Origin: Candidatus Binataceae bacterium | Lineage (GTDB): Bacteria > Desulfobacterota > Binatia > Binatales > Binataceae | Direction of reading: 5' to 3' | NCBI GenBank assembly: GCA_963722605.1 | Contig: CAVRNO010000002.1 | Span: 1,760,178-1,824,177 of the forward strand | DNA length: 64,000 bases | Shown: positions 37,305-46,358 of the stretch, in pieces | Numbering within the stretch: the first letter of the stretch is position 1 | Layout of the letters: each line of letters starts with the position of its first letter | Notes under the pieces: model-generated | Databases searched by the model: none | What the model was told of the DNA's origin: nothing | The model's input: the letters and a program-made list of their open reading frames with translations, nothing else | Program-made: the position numbers and the translations under genes

Positions 37305-37997
37305 CTACTCTTCCATTTCCGCTTTCAGATTGTCGATCAGCTCGATCAGCTCGGCCATCGAGTTGATCACGTAGTCGGGTTTGAAATACGGATGGGTTTG
37401 CAGGTATTTGAACGACGCCGCGCCGGTCGCCACCGCGACCGAAGCGCCGTAGCCCGCGCCGGCCGCCGCCATGATGTCGCGCGGCTCGTCGCCAACGTAC
37501 ATGCACGCGTGGGGAAGTACCGCCGCCTTGAGCGCCGTCTGCTTGAGGCTCTCCGTTTTGTCCAGCGCGCGGAGCGAGCTGGTGGCCTGGGTCACCACCT
37601 GGTCCAGGTACGTGGCCAGCCCGACCATCGCCAGCTTCTCGACCAGCCGGCGCGAATCGCCCGGCCGGCTGGTGATCACGCCGGTCGCGTAGCCGCGCCG
37701 TTTGAGTTCGGCCAGGGTATCCTGCACGTGCGGCAGCACTTCGAGCCGCTCGGTCTTGTCGATTTCTGCCAGGAAGTATGCGTACGCGAGCTTCACGTAC
37801 TCGGGCCTGAGATGCTCCGGCACGCCCAGCCATACGTCGTCGCCGGAAAGCGCCTCGTGAAATCGCTCACGGGTCAGCGGCGGTTGGTAGCCGAGTTCGT
37901 CGAACGCGTTTTTCGTGGCGATATACAACGGGCCGTGGATATCGACCAGGGTGCCGTCGAGATCGAAAAAGATTGCCTTGAATTTGCGCGATGCCAA
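37305..37997 (-). CDS. HAD-superfamily hydrolase (phosphoglycolate phosphatase-like)
   Basis: Contains the FFDLDGTLVD motif I, GVITSRP and VGDEPRDIMAA. Confidence 0.75.
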   Translation of the reverse strand: MASRKFKAIFFDLDGTLVDIHGPLYIATKNAFDELGYQPPLTRERFHEALSGDDVWLGVPEHLRPEYVKLAYAYFLAEIDKTERLEVLPHVQDTLAELKRRGYATGVITSRPGDSRRLVEKLAMVGLATYLDQVVTQATSSLRALDKTESLKQTALKAAVLPHACMYVGDEPRDIMAAAGAGYGASVAVATGAASFKYLQTHPYFKPDYVINSMAELIELIDNLKAEMEE

Positions 37998-38063
37998 CAG
38001 AATTACCCGAGATGCCCATCCCGAGTGTGTGGAGATGCCGCCCGAACTGTCAAGCGGGGCTGA

Positions 38064-40250
38064 TTAGCGGCTGCCCTGATACAGCAGCATATACTCGCGC
38101 CGGCCTCCGATCACTTTTTTTACGTACTCGCGCGTCTCCTTGTACGCGATATTCTCGACCCACTCGTCGTCCGCGCCGGGAAACTCGGCCACCCACTTCG
38201 ACACCGCGTGCTCGCCCGCGTTGTACGCGGCGACCGCCCGAAACGCGTTGCCGCCAAACATCTCGAGCAGGTTTTTCAGGTACGCCGTCCCCAGCTCGAC
38301 GTTGACCGGCGGATCGTAGAGCCGGATCGCCTCGCTATCCATGCCGTGCTCGGACGCCATCTTTTTCGCCGTTGACGGAATCAACTGCATCAAGCCGCGC
38401 GCGTTGGAGCTCGACGTGGCCTCGGGGTTGAACAGGCTTTCCTGCCGCGCCAGCGCGAGCACCAGGTAGGGATCGATCGCGAGCCGCGCGCATGCCGACC
38501 CAAACAGGTCCCAATACGCCCGCGGATAGCGGACCCGCTCGGCGGCGGCGTGGCTCATCAGCCCGCTTTTTTCCATGCGCGTCGCAGCCACGATCGCGTC
38601 GTACCACGCGCCGGCGCTCGCCAGCCCGGCCAGGATGAAACGCCGCATCTCGACGCTGCCGCCGCCGTGCTGCTCGAGCGCCTTCAATTCGCCGGGCTCA
38701 AGTTCCTTGAGCCCCATCGCGCGGAGCGTTTGCAGCCGCGCCATGTGATACTCGGCGGCGCCGCTGACGGAGGGTGCCGCGCCCCATTGGGGATCGGCCG
38801 CCGACGCCGCCGCAAGATCGGGCCGCGAGGCCGCCACGCGCCGGCTGGCGAGCTCGGGATAGTAATTGCTGTCGGTGCTCTCAGCGAGTCTTGCGAAAAT
38901 AGCACGCGCCTCGCCCAAATCGCCGGCATTTTCACTCGCCCGCGCACGCCAGTACTCGCACATGTCCCGATTAGTCGCATCTTTCGCGCGGGCGCCTGCA
39001 AGCTTGAATCCCGCCGCCGCGCTCCGGTAGTTGCGCCCAAGGTACAGCGTCCAGGGGATGCGAAATCGCGCATCCTGGGCGGCGTCGCTCGCGGGATAGC
39101 GCGCGGCCAGCCGTCGATACTGCGCCCGGGCGGAATCGAGCCGATGCTGTTCCTCGAAGATTCTGCCGATTCGGAGCATCGCGTCTGGCGCGCGCTCGCT
39201 CGCCGGAAAATTCGCGACCAGCTTGTTCAGCGCCGCGCGCGCCAGTTCGTCTTGATCGTCATGCCAGTAGATAAGCGCAAGGGCTTCAAGCGCAGCCGGC
39301 GCGTCCGGTCCCCGCGGCGCGATTCGGAGATAGTCGAGGATCGCACGCCGGGCGCGGTCGGGCTCCGGCTTGAGCGCGCGCGCGGTCACCCAAATGAGTT
39401 CCGCGCGAACCGATTCCTCCGGCGCCAGCGCCAGCCCCGCGCTTGCCTGCTCCTCGGCCGCCGACAATTCGCCCTCGCGCAGCAGCAGCTCGGATTCGGC
39501 GCGATGGTACCCGAGCGAAGCCGTGTCGGCGATCTCGCCGTTCGCCGCGAGAATCGAATAAGCAAGCGAGCGCGCTTCGGCGTCCGCATCCGAGCGCGGA
39601 TACTTGTCCCGGATTTCCATCGCCTCCGCGTAGGCTGACTTTGGATTCCCGAGTGCGACGAGCGCGCGGGCTTCGGCGAGCCGAGCGCGCTGCTCGATCG
39701 ACGCTTCGGGCGCCCGCGCAATCAGCCGCGACGCGACCGCGGAGGCCTCGGCGTCGCGCCCGAGCTTCAGCAGATTCTCCGCCAGGATCATCTCGCCGCG
39801 ATCGATAAACACGCTCTCCGGATACGACCTGACCAGGCGATCGAGCGTGTCTGCCGAGGCGTTCAGATCGCCCTGGTCCTGCTGGGCGAGTGCAAGATAA
39901 AAGAGCGCATAGTCGCCGAGCGCGGGAAAATTGCGGGATGCGAATTCAAGCCGCTCGATCGCGCGCGCATTGTCGTGATTCTGATACGCGCGATAACCCT
40001 CAAGGAACGCCGTCGATCCGTCAGACGGCGGCTGCCCGGGCGCAGCGATTGAAGCGGCCGGGGTCGACAACGACACGGGCGTGGTTTCCGCCGACGGCGC
40101 GACTTGCGAGGACGCCGCCGATGACCCGGCGCGCGCAGGTGCCGCCGCGCATCCGCCGAGCATCATCGCGGAGAAAATCACCATCGCGCCACCACTCCAA
40201 CATTTCGCTATCATCTGATCTTGGTTAGCGCATGCTGGAAGCGTCTTCAA
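38064..40250 (-). CDS. Soluble lytic murein transglycosylase (Slt70-like, TPR/superhelical N-domain plus SLT domain)
   Basis: C-terminal ALARQESLFNPEA...ARGLMQLIPSTA...AAYNAGEHAV. A lipobox-like MMLGGCAA lies near the N-terminus. Confidence 0.8.
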   Translation of the reverse strand: MKTLPACANQDQMIAKCWSGGAMVIFSAMMLGGCAAAPARAGSSAASSQVAPSAETTPVSLSTPAASIAAPGQPPSDGSTAFLEGYRAYQNHDNARAIERLEFASRNFPALGDYALFYLALAQQDQGDLNASADTLDRLVRSYPESVFIDRGEMILAENLLKLGRDAEASAVASRLIARAPEASIEQRARLAEARALVALGNPKSAYAEAMEIRDKYPRSDADAEARSLAYSILAANGEIADTASLGYHRAESELLLREGELSAAEEQASAGLALAPEESVRAELIWVTARALKPEPDRARRAILDYLRIAPRGPDAPAALEALALIYWHDDQDELARAALNKLVANFPASERAPDAMLRIGRIFEEQHRLDSARAQYRRLAARYPASDAAQDARFRIPWTLYLGRNYRSAAAGFKLAGARAKDATNRDMCEYWRARASENAGDLGEARAIFARLAESTDSNYYPELASRRVAASRPDLAAASAADPQWGAAPSVSGAAEYHMARLQTLRAMGLKELEPGELKALEQHGGGSVEMRRFILAGLASAGAWYDAIVAATRMEKSGLMSHAAAERVRYPRAYWDLFGSACARLAIDPYLVLALARQESLFNPEATSSSNARGLMQLIPSTAKKMASEHGMDSEAIRLYDPPVNVELGTAYLKNLLEMFGGNAFRAVAAYNAGEHAVSKWVAEFPGADDEWVENIAYKETREYVKKVIGGRREYMLLYQGSR

Positions 40251-40819
40251 TCAAAGTGATTCTTGCCTCGGCGTCGCCGCGCCGCCGTCAACTCTTGGCC
40301 GCGGCGGGGATTCAGTTCGACGTGATCGAAAGCATGGTGCCGGAGCGGCGGCTTGCGGGCGAGCCGGCGCGCGACTATGCACTCAGAATGGCGCGGGAAA
40401 AAGCCCTCGCGGTTTCATCGCGGTTCCCCGATGCGATCGTCATCGGCGCCGACACCATCGTGATGTGCGACGCTCAAATCCTGGAAAAACCCGCCCATCC
40501 CGAAGACGCGCGCCGGATGCTCGCGATGCTCTCCGGGCGGACTCACACGGTGGTGACCGCCTTCGCACTGGCGCGCGGTGAAAAAATTCTGGAGAGTTCG
40601 CCGGTCGAGAGCCAGGTCACTTTTCGCAAGCTCGGCGACTCCGAAATCGACGATTACATCGCCACCGAAGAACCATTCGACAAGGCCGGCGCCTACGGGA
40701 TTCAGGGCGTCGGCGGCGGATTTATTTCCCACGTCGAAGGATCGCGCGACAACGTGATGGGATTGCCGGCGGAGCGCGTCGTCGCGGCGCTCGCGCGATG
40801 GGGCGTGAGGCGGGGTTAG
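40232..40819 (+). CDS. maf: Maf-like nucleoside triphosphate pyrophosphatase
   Basis: Contains ILASASPRRRQLL...GADTIV...KAGAYGIQG. Confidence 0.85.
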   Translation: MLEASSIKVILASASPRRRQLLAAAGIQFDVIESMVPERRLAGEPARDYALRMAREKALAVSSRFPDAIVIGADTIVMCDAQILEKPAHPEDARRMLAMLSGRTHTVVTAFALARGEKILESSPVESQVTFRKLGDSEIDDYIATEEPFDKAGAYGIQGVGGGFISHVEGSRDNVMGLPAERVVAALARWGVRRG

Positions 40820-40821
40820 CG

Positions 40822-41523
40822 ATGGTCGCAGAAATTCCGGCTGGCGATGAAATCGAGCGGCGGCTTAAGCTCGTGCGAGCGCGGATCGCCGAGGCTGCGC
40901 GCCGCGCCGGCCGCGATCCCGCGTCGATTTGTCTGGTGCTCGCGAGCAAGACCCAGCCCGCCGCGGCGATTCGCGCCGCGGCGCTCGCTGGCGCGCGCGA
41001 TTTCGGCGAGAATTATGTCCAGGAGGCGATCGCGAAGCGCGCCGAGCTGGCGGACTTGACCGAAATCCGATGGCATCTCATCGGCCATCTGCAAACCAAC
41101 AAGGCCAAGGCTGCCGCGCGCGCCTTCGCGCTCATCCACAGCGTCGATTCGGTCCGGCTGGCCGAGGCGCTCGCTCGCGCGCAACCGTCGCCGTGCGTCC
41201 GCGCGCTCATCGAGGTGAATCTCGCCGCCGAGGCGAGCAAGAGCGGAGTCGCCCCCGGCGAGGTCGCCGCTATCCTCGACGCGGCTCGCGCCATGATCGA
41301 AATCGAGGGCTTGATGACGATTCCGCCGCCCGCCGCCAGCGCCGGCGCGACGCGCCCATACTTCGCGCGCCTGCGCGAGCTGCGCGATCGCCTTGCAGTA
41401 CAATCGGGGCTTGCGCTAAGCGAACTCTCGATGGGCATGACCGAGGACTTCGAGATAGCGATCGAGGAAGGCGCGACCATCGTGCGGATCGGACGCGCGG
41501 TCTTCGGCGAACGCACCGCGTGA
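40822..41523 (+). CDS. yggS: YggS family pyridoxal-phosphate homeostasis protein
   Basis: Contains SKTQP...FGENYVQEA...WHLIGHLQTNKAK...SMGMTEDFEIAIEEGAT. The ATG is at 40822, just after the maf stop. Confidence 0.85.
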   Translation: MVAEIPAGDEIERRLKLVRARIAEAARRAGRDPASICLVLASKTQPAAAIRAAALAGARDFGENYVQEAIAKRAELADLTEIRWHLIGHLQTNKAKAAARAFALIHSVDSVRLAEALARAQPSPCVRALIEVNLAAEASKSGVAPGEVAAILDAARAMIEIEGLMTIPPPAASAGATRPYFARLRELRDRLAVQSGLALSELSMGMTEDFEIAIEEGATIVRIGRAVFGERTA

Positions 41524-41543
41524 AAAAGTGAAAACGTGAAAGA

Positions 41544-42383
41544 ATGAAAAAACTGGGATTCATCGGCGGCGGCAACATGGCCGAGGCGCTCGCGCACGGC
41601 CTCATCGCGCACAAGCTCTTCAAGCCGTCCGAAATTATCGTCTCCGACGTCGCGCCCGAGCGCCGGCGTAAACTCGCCCGCGCGCTCAAGCTCGCGACGA
41701 CGCCCGACAATGCCGAGGTCGTGCGCGAGGCCGGCGCCGTAGTGCTCGCGGTCAAGCCGCAGACGATCGACGCGGTGATGGCCGGTCTCGCGGAAGAATT
41801 GGCAAAGATGGGCGGCAAGGCCGCCGCCCGCGGCAAGCTGTTCATCTCGATCGCCGCCGGCGTGACGATCGCGCGGCTGAGCCGCGGCCTCGGTAAGCGC
41901 GCGCGAGTGATCCGCGTGATGCCGAACGCGCCCGCGATGGTGGGTCAGGGGATGGCGGCTATGGTGCGCGGGCGCGGAGCGTCGGCGGCGGACCAGGCGT
42001 TCGCGCTGCGCATTTTCAGCGCCGTGGGCGACGCCGTCGCGCTCAAGGACGAAAAGCTCCTCGACGTGGTCACTGCGCTCTCGGGCAGCGGCCCCGCTTA
42101 CGTTTACCTGTTCGCCAAGGCGATGGCGGATGCGGCCGCGAGCGAGGGAATCCCGCGCGAACTGGCGCTTCGGATGACGCTCAAGACGATTCGCGGCGCC
42201 GAGCAGCTGATGCGCGAGTCCGGGCGCGAGGCCGCCGACTTGATCGCGGCCGTCGCTTCGCCGGGCGGCACCACCGAGGCCGCGCTGCGCCGGTTCGCCG
42301 AGCATGGTTTTTCTGATATCGTGGCCGCCGCATTGCGCGCCGCGAGCGATCGCTCGCGCGAACTTGGGCGCACAGTCAACTAG
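41544..42383 (+). CDS. proC: Pyrroline-5-carboxylate reductase
   Basis: Contains GFIGGGNMAEAL...RVMPNAPAMVGQG...SPGGTTEAAL. Confidence 0.9.
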   Translation: MKKLGFIGGGNMAEALAHGLIAHKLFKPSEIIVSDVAPERRRKLARALKLATTPDNAEVVREAGAVVLAVKPQTIDAVMAGLAEELAKMGGKAAARGKLFISIAAGVTIARLSRGLGKRARVIRVMPNAPAMVGQGMAAMVRGRGASAADQAFALRIFSAVGDAVALKDEKLLDVVTALSGSGPAYVYLFAKAMADAAASEGIPRELALRMTLKTIRGAEQLMRESGREAADLIAAVASPGGTTEAALRRFAEHGFSDIVAAALRAASDRSRELGRTVN

Positions 42384-42398
42384 CAGGAGCGTTATCGC

Positions 42399-42701
42399 GT
42401 GTACGCCTGGACCAACCTGATTATCTTCATCGCGCAGACCCTCAACGGTTTGCTGACGCTCTATTTGTACGTCGTGATCATTTCCGCGTTGATGACGTGG
42501 ATCGAGCCGAACCCGTACAATCCGATCGTCCGCTTCGTCTATTCGATCACGGAGCCGGTCTTCGATTGGTTCCGCGAGCATGTCCCGGTGGTGTTCGGCG
42601 GAATCGATTTCTCACCGCTCGTCGTGATCATCGGCATCCAGCTCATCCAGCGCGTCGTCATTCCGAGCGTGGTGCACGCGCTGATTCCCGCATACGTGTG
42701 A
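42399..42701 (+). CDS. yggT: YggT family membrane protein
   Basis: 100 aa, two TM helices, with the conserved Y..VIIISALMSW-type segment (LYLYVVIISALMTWI). Confidence 0.8.
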   Translation: MYAWTNLIIFIAQTLNGLLTLYLYVVIISALMTWIEPNPYNPIVRFVYSITEPVFDWFREHVPVVFGGIDFSPLVVIIGIQLIQRVVIPSVVHALIPAYV

Positions 42702-43033
42702 ATCCTGGCCCCAATCCTCCCGCGACAGACACGCCCTGGATGCGCGTGGGCGGCGGCGAGCTGACGATCGAGGTAACTGCCCGGCCCGGCGCCTCGCGCC
42801 GAGGCGTCATCGGCACGACCGGCGGGCGCCTCGTCATCGGCGTCCATTCAGGGCCGGAAAAAGGCAAAGCGAACGACGAGCTGATCGAGTACCTTGCCGC
42901 GGAACTGCGCATCCCGCGATCGGCGATCCTGATCGTTCGCGGGGCAACCTCGCGGCGCAAGACGATCCGAATCGTGACGCATCAGCCGGCCAAGGCCGCC
43001 TCGCGGCTGCGGGAGATTGGCAGACCAAAGTAG
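42698..43033 (+). CDS. DUF167 (YggU) family protein
   Basis: Contains LTIEVTARPGASRRGV...LVIGVHSGPEKGKANDELIEYLAAELRIPRSAILIVRGATSRRK. The GTG at 42698 overlaps the yggT stop, and the ATG at 42740 is an alternative. Confidence 0.7.
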   Translation: MNPGPNPPATDTPWMRVGGGELTIEVTARPGASRRGVIGTTGGRLVIGVHSGPEKGKANDELIEYLAAELRIPRSAILIVRGATSRRKTIRIVTHQPAKAASRLREIGRPK

Positions 43034-43083
43034 CGTCTGCCAGTGTAAAACGGCGAATCGAAAGCGAAACATCGCCGTTTCGG

Positions 43084-43112
43084 TTGACTACACTGCTTTT
43101 CATGGTTAACTA
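43084..43112 (+). promoter_or_regulatory. Candidate sigma70-type promoter for the FmdB-like gene
   Basis: TTGACT (43084-43089), a 17-nt spacer, then TAACTA (43107-43112), 46 nt upstream of the ATG. This is a pattern match only. Confidence 0.2.
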
Positions 43113-43158
43113 AAGGGGCGGAAGATGCGAGTTTTCGATTAGCACTCCCGGTTTTGCG

Positions 43159-43554
43159 ATGCCAATTTACGAATACAAGTGCAACAAATGCGGCGTGTTC
43201 GAGGCGATGCAGGGAATCAAGGAACCCGCGCTCAAGAAATGCCCGACGTGCAACAGCAAGGTGGAGCGCCAGATGTCGCGCGGCTCCTTCATCCTGAAGG
43301 GCAGCGGATGGTACGCCACGGATTACGGCAAGAAGAGCACCCCCAGCAGCACGGACTCGGATTCAGCATCGTCGTCGGCAACGCCCGCAACCAACGGCAC
43401 TACGCCGTCGTCGAGCGATTCGTCGTCGAAGCCGGCCGCCGAATCAAAGCCGCCAACCGAATCCAAATCATCGTCATCTGAATCGAAAACGTCTTCATCC
43501 AAGACATCTTCAGTGTCCAAATCGTCGCCTGAAAAGTCTGCGTCGGCCAAATAG
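43159..43554 (+). CDS. FmdB-family zinc-ribbon protein with Ser-rich tail
   Basis: MPIYEYKCNKCGVFE...KKCPTCNS, followed by a low-complexity tail of about 70 aa rich in S/T/P/K. Confidence 0.75.
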   Translation: MPIYEYKCNKCGVFEAMQGIKEPALKKCPTCNSKVERQMSRGSFILKGSGWYATDYGKKSTPSSTDSDSASSSATPATNGTTPSSSDSSSKPAAESKPPTESKSSSSESKTSSSKTSSVSKSSPEKSASAK

Positions 43555-43834
43555 CCGCCGACTGATCGGCACTCGTTCGGCAGCGATTTCGGAGCGCTTC
43601 GACGGGGCGCCCAATTCCTGCACTGACTGTTCCTGCCCGCGATTTGTCGGTCGCGCGGCAGTCTGCTAAATATTCGTCACACTGAAGCCTTGTCACGCCG
43701 CCCGCTCGCCCTTTTGGATTGATATCTAATGGTGCCGCACGTGGAAAACACCCCAGGAGATGAGAGAGAAGCCCCGCTTCGAGGGTGGATGCTTATCGGT
43801 TCTTCCGATTCGGCAGTTGAATGTAATCAGCTTT

Positions 43835-45802
43835 ATGCCTAGCGAACTCCAGAACCTCGACAGCATCTTCAACAGCCGAGTTTTCCGAATCCCGGACTAC
43901 CAGCGCGGATACTCATGGGGTCCGCAGCAGTTGAATGATTTTTGGGAAGACCTCGACCGCCTCGGTGACCAGCGCAATCACTACACAGGACAATTGACAC
44001 TTGAGAAGGTACCTGACGCTGCCTTGAAACAATGGGACGAGGACACATGGCTTATCGAAGGAAAAGGCTACAAGCCCTTCTACGTAGTGGATGGTCAGCA
44101 GCGGTTGATTACGGCCATCATACTTATCAAATGCCTTCTCGACCGGCTCTCCGGCGATGAGCAGGTAGCATTCACGGAGAAGTCTGATCACGTAAAAAAG
44201 TACCTCGTGCAAACAGCGTCAGTGAGCCGGGCCTACCTGTTCGGTTACGAAAAGGACAACCCAAGCTACGAGTACTTTAAGACACAAATCCTCGCTGAGC
44301 CGTCGAATCAGTTTCAAGGTACGGAGACGACATATACCGCAAATTTGGAGGCGGCGAGGGAGTTCTTTCGTCAAAAACTCATAGAAGCGCCACACCCCGA
44401 GATCGAGCGGTGGTTCAAAGCCGTCACGCAGAAGTTCGTATTCAACGTTTATGAGCTGGTGGAGGAGCTGGACGCGTTCGTGGTCTTCGAGACCATGAAC
44501 AATCGAGGCAAGGCGCTCTCAAAATTAGAATTATTGAAAAACCGACTAATCTACCTCTCCACGCTTCTTCCGGAACCCACCGAACAGACAGACCGGCAGG
44601 CGCTTCGTCGGAACATCAACGACGCATGGAAGACTGTGTTTGAGTTCCTTGGGCGTCAGAAGGACGAACCTCTGGATGATGACGATTTTCTGCAGGCGCA
44701 CTGGATCATGTATTTTATCTATGCGAGGGAGCAGGCGGGGCAATTTTCTAATTTTCTTCTCAATGAACACTTTACGACGGCGCGCGTGGGCACTGGCGAA
44801 CTCACCGTCGGGGAACTGCAGCGATACGTGACTAGCGTTCAAGACTCTGTGAGGAAGTGGCATGAACTCCATTTCCCAAATCGAGCCACCGGGCTGGGTG
44901 AACAGGTGCGTCGAGGCCTTGAACGGCTGGGCAGGCTGCGGCGCGGCGCGTTCGAACCGCTAATGATGGCGGCCATGCAGAACCACAGCTTGAATGATGC
45001 GAAACTAACGGAATTTCTGACAGCAGCAGAGCGCTTCGTTTTCGCGATAAGCCGGCTCTGCCAGCGGCGGTCCGACACCGGCGACAGTGAATTCTACCGT
45101 CTAGCCGGGCAATTGTTTCGCCAAGAAAAGACGTTAGCTGATACCACGCAAACCGTGAATGAGAGCACGGAGCGCTATTTTTCTGCGGAAAAAGCACAGT
45201 CAGAAATGCGCGACCTCTTCCTCCGCGGAGAGGGTTTCTATAGTTGGGAGGGACGGCGATATTTCCTGTTCGAGTACGAGCAGCACCTCAAGAACAAGGC
45301 GGGGATGGAAACATCCAAGCTGGATTGGGATGAGTTTATCACCTCCAAAAAGGACCAGGTTACGATTGAGCACATCTACCCCGTTACGCCTGTTGCCGGA
45401 GAGTGGCCATCTTTTGAGGGGAGATCCGAGTCCGAACAGGCGTCTCTAAGGAACTCGCTCGGAAACTTACTGGCGCTCTCGCAGAGCCGGAACTCGAAGT
45501 TTTCAAACCGTCCCTTCGCCACAAAAAAGCAAGATGCCGACGGTGTGCGCGGCTATTTCAACGGGTCATACAGCGAGATTGCCGTGGCGCAGTTTCCCGA
45601 CTGGACACCCGACACGGTTTTAGAGCGCGGCTTGGCGATGCTCGATTTTCTAGAGACACGCTGGGAAGTTTCTCTCGGAACCCGCGCCGAAAAGTTGAAG
45701 CTCCTCAATCTTGAGTTCCTTGAGTCCCCCGTTGAGACCACGGACGAAGCGAGAGTACAAACGCCCAAGACGCGCACGAAAAGAGAGGACATAAGCATTT
45801 GA
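43835..45802 (+). CDS. DUF262 plus DUF1524 protein (GmrSD-like type IV restriction / DndB-ParB-nuclease family)
   Basis: N-terminal FRIPDYQRGYSWGPQQLNDFWEDL and VVDGQQRLITAI. C-terminal His-Me-like TIEHIYPV...SLGNLLALSQSRNSKFSNRPFATKK. GC content is visibly lower than in the flanks. Confidence 0.8.
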   Translation: MPSELQNLDSIFNSRVFRIPDYQRGYSWGPQQLNDFWEDLDRLGDQRNHYTGQLTLEKVPDAALKQWDEDTWLIEGKGYKPFYVVDGQQRLITAIILIKCLLDRLSGDEQVAFTEKSDHVKKYLVQTASVSRAYLFGYEKDNPSYEYFKTQILAEPSNQFQGTETTYTANLEAAREFFRQKLIEAPHPEIERWFKAVTQKFVFNVYELVEELDAFVVFETMNNRGKALSKLELLKNRLIYLSTLLPEPTEQTDRQALRRNINDAWKTVFEFLGRQKDEPLDDDDFLQAHWIMYFIYAREQAGQFSNFLLNEHFTTARVGTGELTVGELQRYVTSVQDSVRKWHELHFPNRATGLGEQVRRGLERLGRLRRGAFEPLMMAAMQNHSLNDAKLTEFLTAAERFVFAISRLCQRRSDTGDSEFYRLAGQLFRQEKTLADTTQTVNESTERYFSAEKAQSEMRDLFLRGEGFYSWEGRRYFLFEYEQHLKNKAGMETSKLDWDEFITSKKDQVTIEHIYPVTPVAGEWPSFEGRSESEQASLRNSLGNLLALSQSRNSKFSNRPFATKKQDADGVRGYFNGSYSEIAVAQFPDWTPDTVLERGLAMLDFLETRWEVSLGTRAEKLKLLNLEFLESPVETTDEARVQTPKTRTKREDISI

Positions 45803-46010
45803 ATCCGGCAGGGGGCACCGCTCGAGCCTTCTCGCTTCCAATCGACCGCACGCCGCCTTCTCGGGCACCATCATCCGACGTGCCGATTGTCGCATCGAGA
45901 TCGGGCTAATATGCCCCTCGGCTCCTCCCCCCTAACCCGTTCTAACAGGGCCCTCCGACGGAGCTTACCCTGAGTACTCGACCGGCTCCGGATCACGCAA
46001 AAAGTAAGCG

Positions 46011-46268
46011 ACACTTCTGTCATTCTAGAGCGAAGGCTGCCGGAGCGAAGAATCCCGGATCCGGGTTCCTTCGCTGCGCTCAGGATGACTCAAAAAAGTT
46101 CTAAGAGGCCGTCAGCCCCGCAACTTTGTTTTAATACTGGGTGCAGGGCTCAGCCCTGCCGCGTAGTCGCGAAAAGATGCGCTGCGCAGATTTTCGCGTC
46201 TTCTCACTGCGGGTGCAGGGGCCGCCACCCCTGCCCAAGGAAGTGTGAAACCCACGGCGGGTTTCACA
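46011..46268. repeat. Cluster of REP-like hairpins
   Basis: An imperfect palindrome is centred on GGATCC (agcgaagaatcccgg/atccgggttccttcgct, about 46044-46075). Other hairpins are GCAGGGC-tca-GCCCTGC (46143-46159), GCAGGGG-ccgcca-CCCCTGC (46215-46234) and TGTGAAACCC-acggc-GGGTTTCACA (46244-46268). Confidence 0.5.
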
Positions 46269-46358
46269 TTCAACTAAGTGATTTCCCCTTCCCCGGCGCG
46301 GCCACCGACTGGCTCTAGCTGTGGCAAGCCTACTGCTTTTTTGTTTGAATCGTGCGCG

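Noticed and set aside
46085-46318. A 77-aa ORF in the hairpin-rich spacer downstream of the DUF262 gene.
   Set aside because: It runs through three palindromic hairpins and the widespread AQDDSK-type REP-like sequence, with no start context. It is most likely non-coding.
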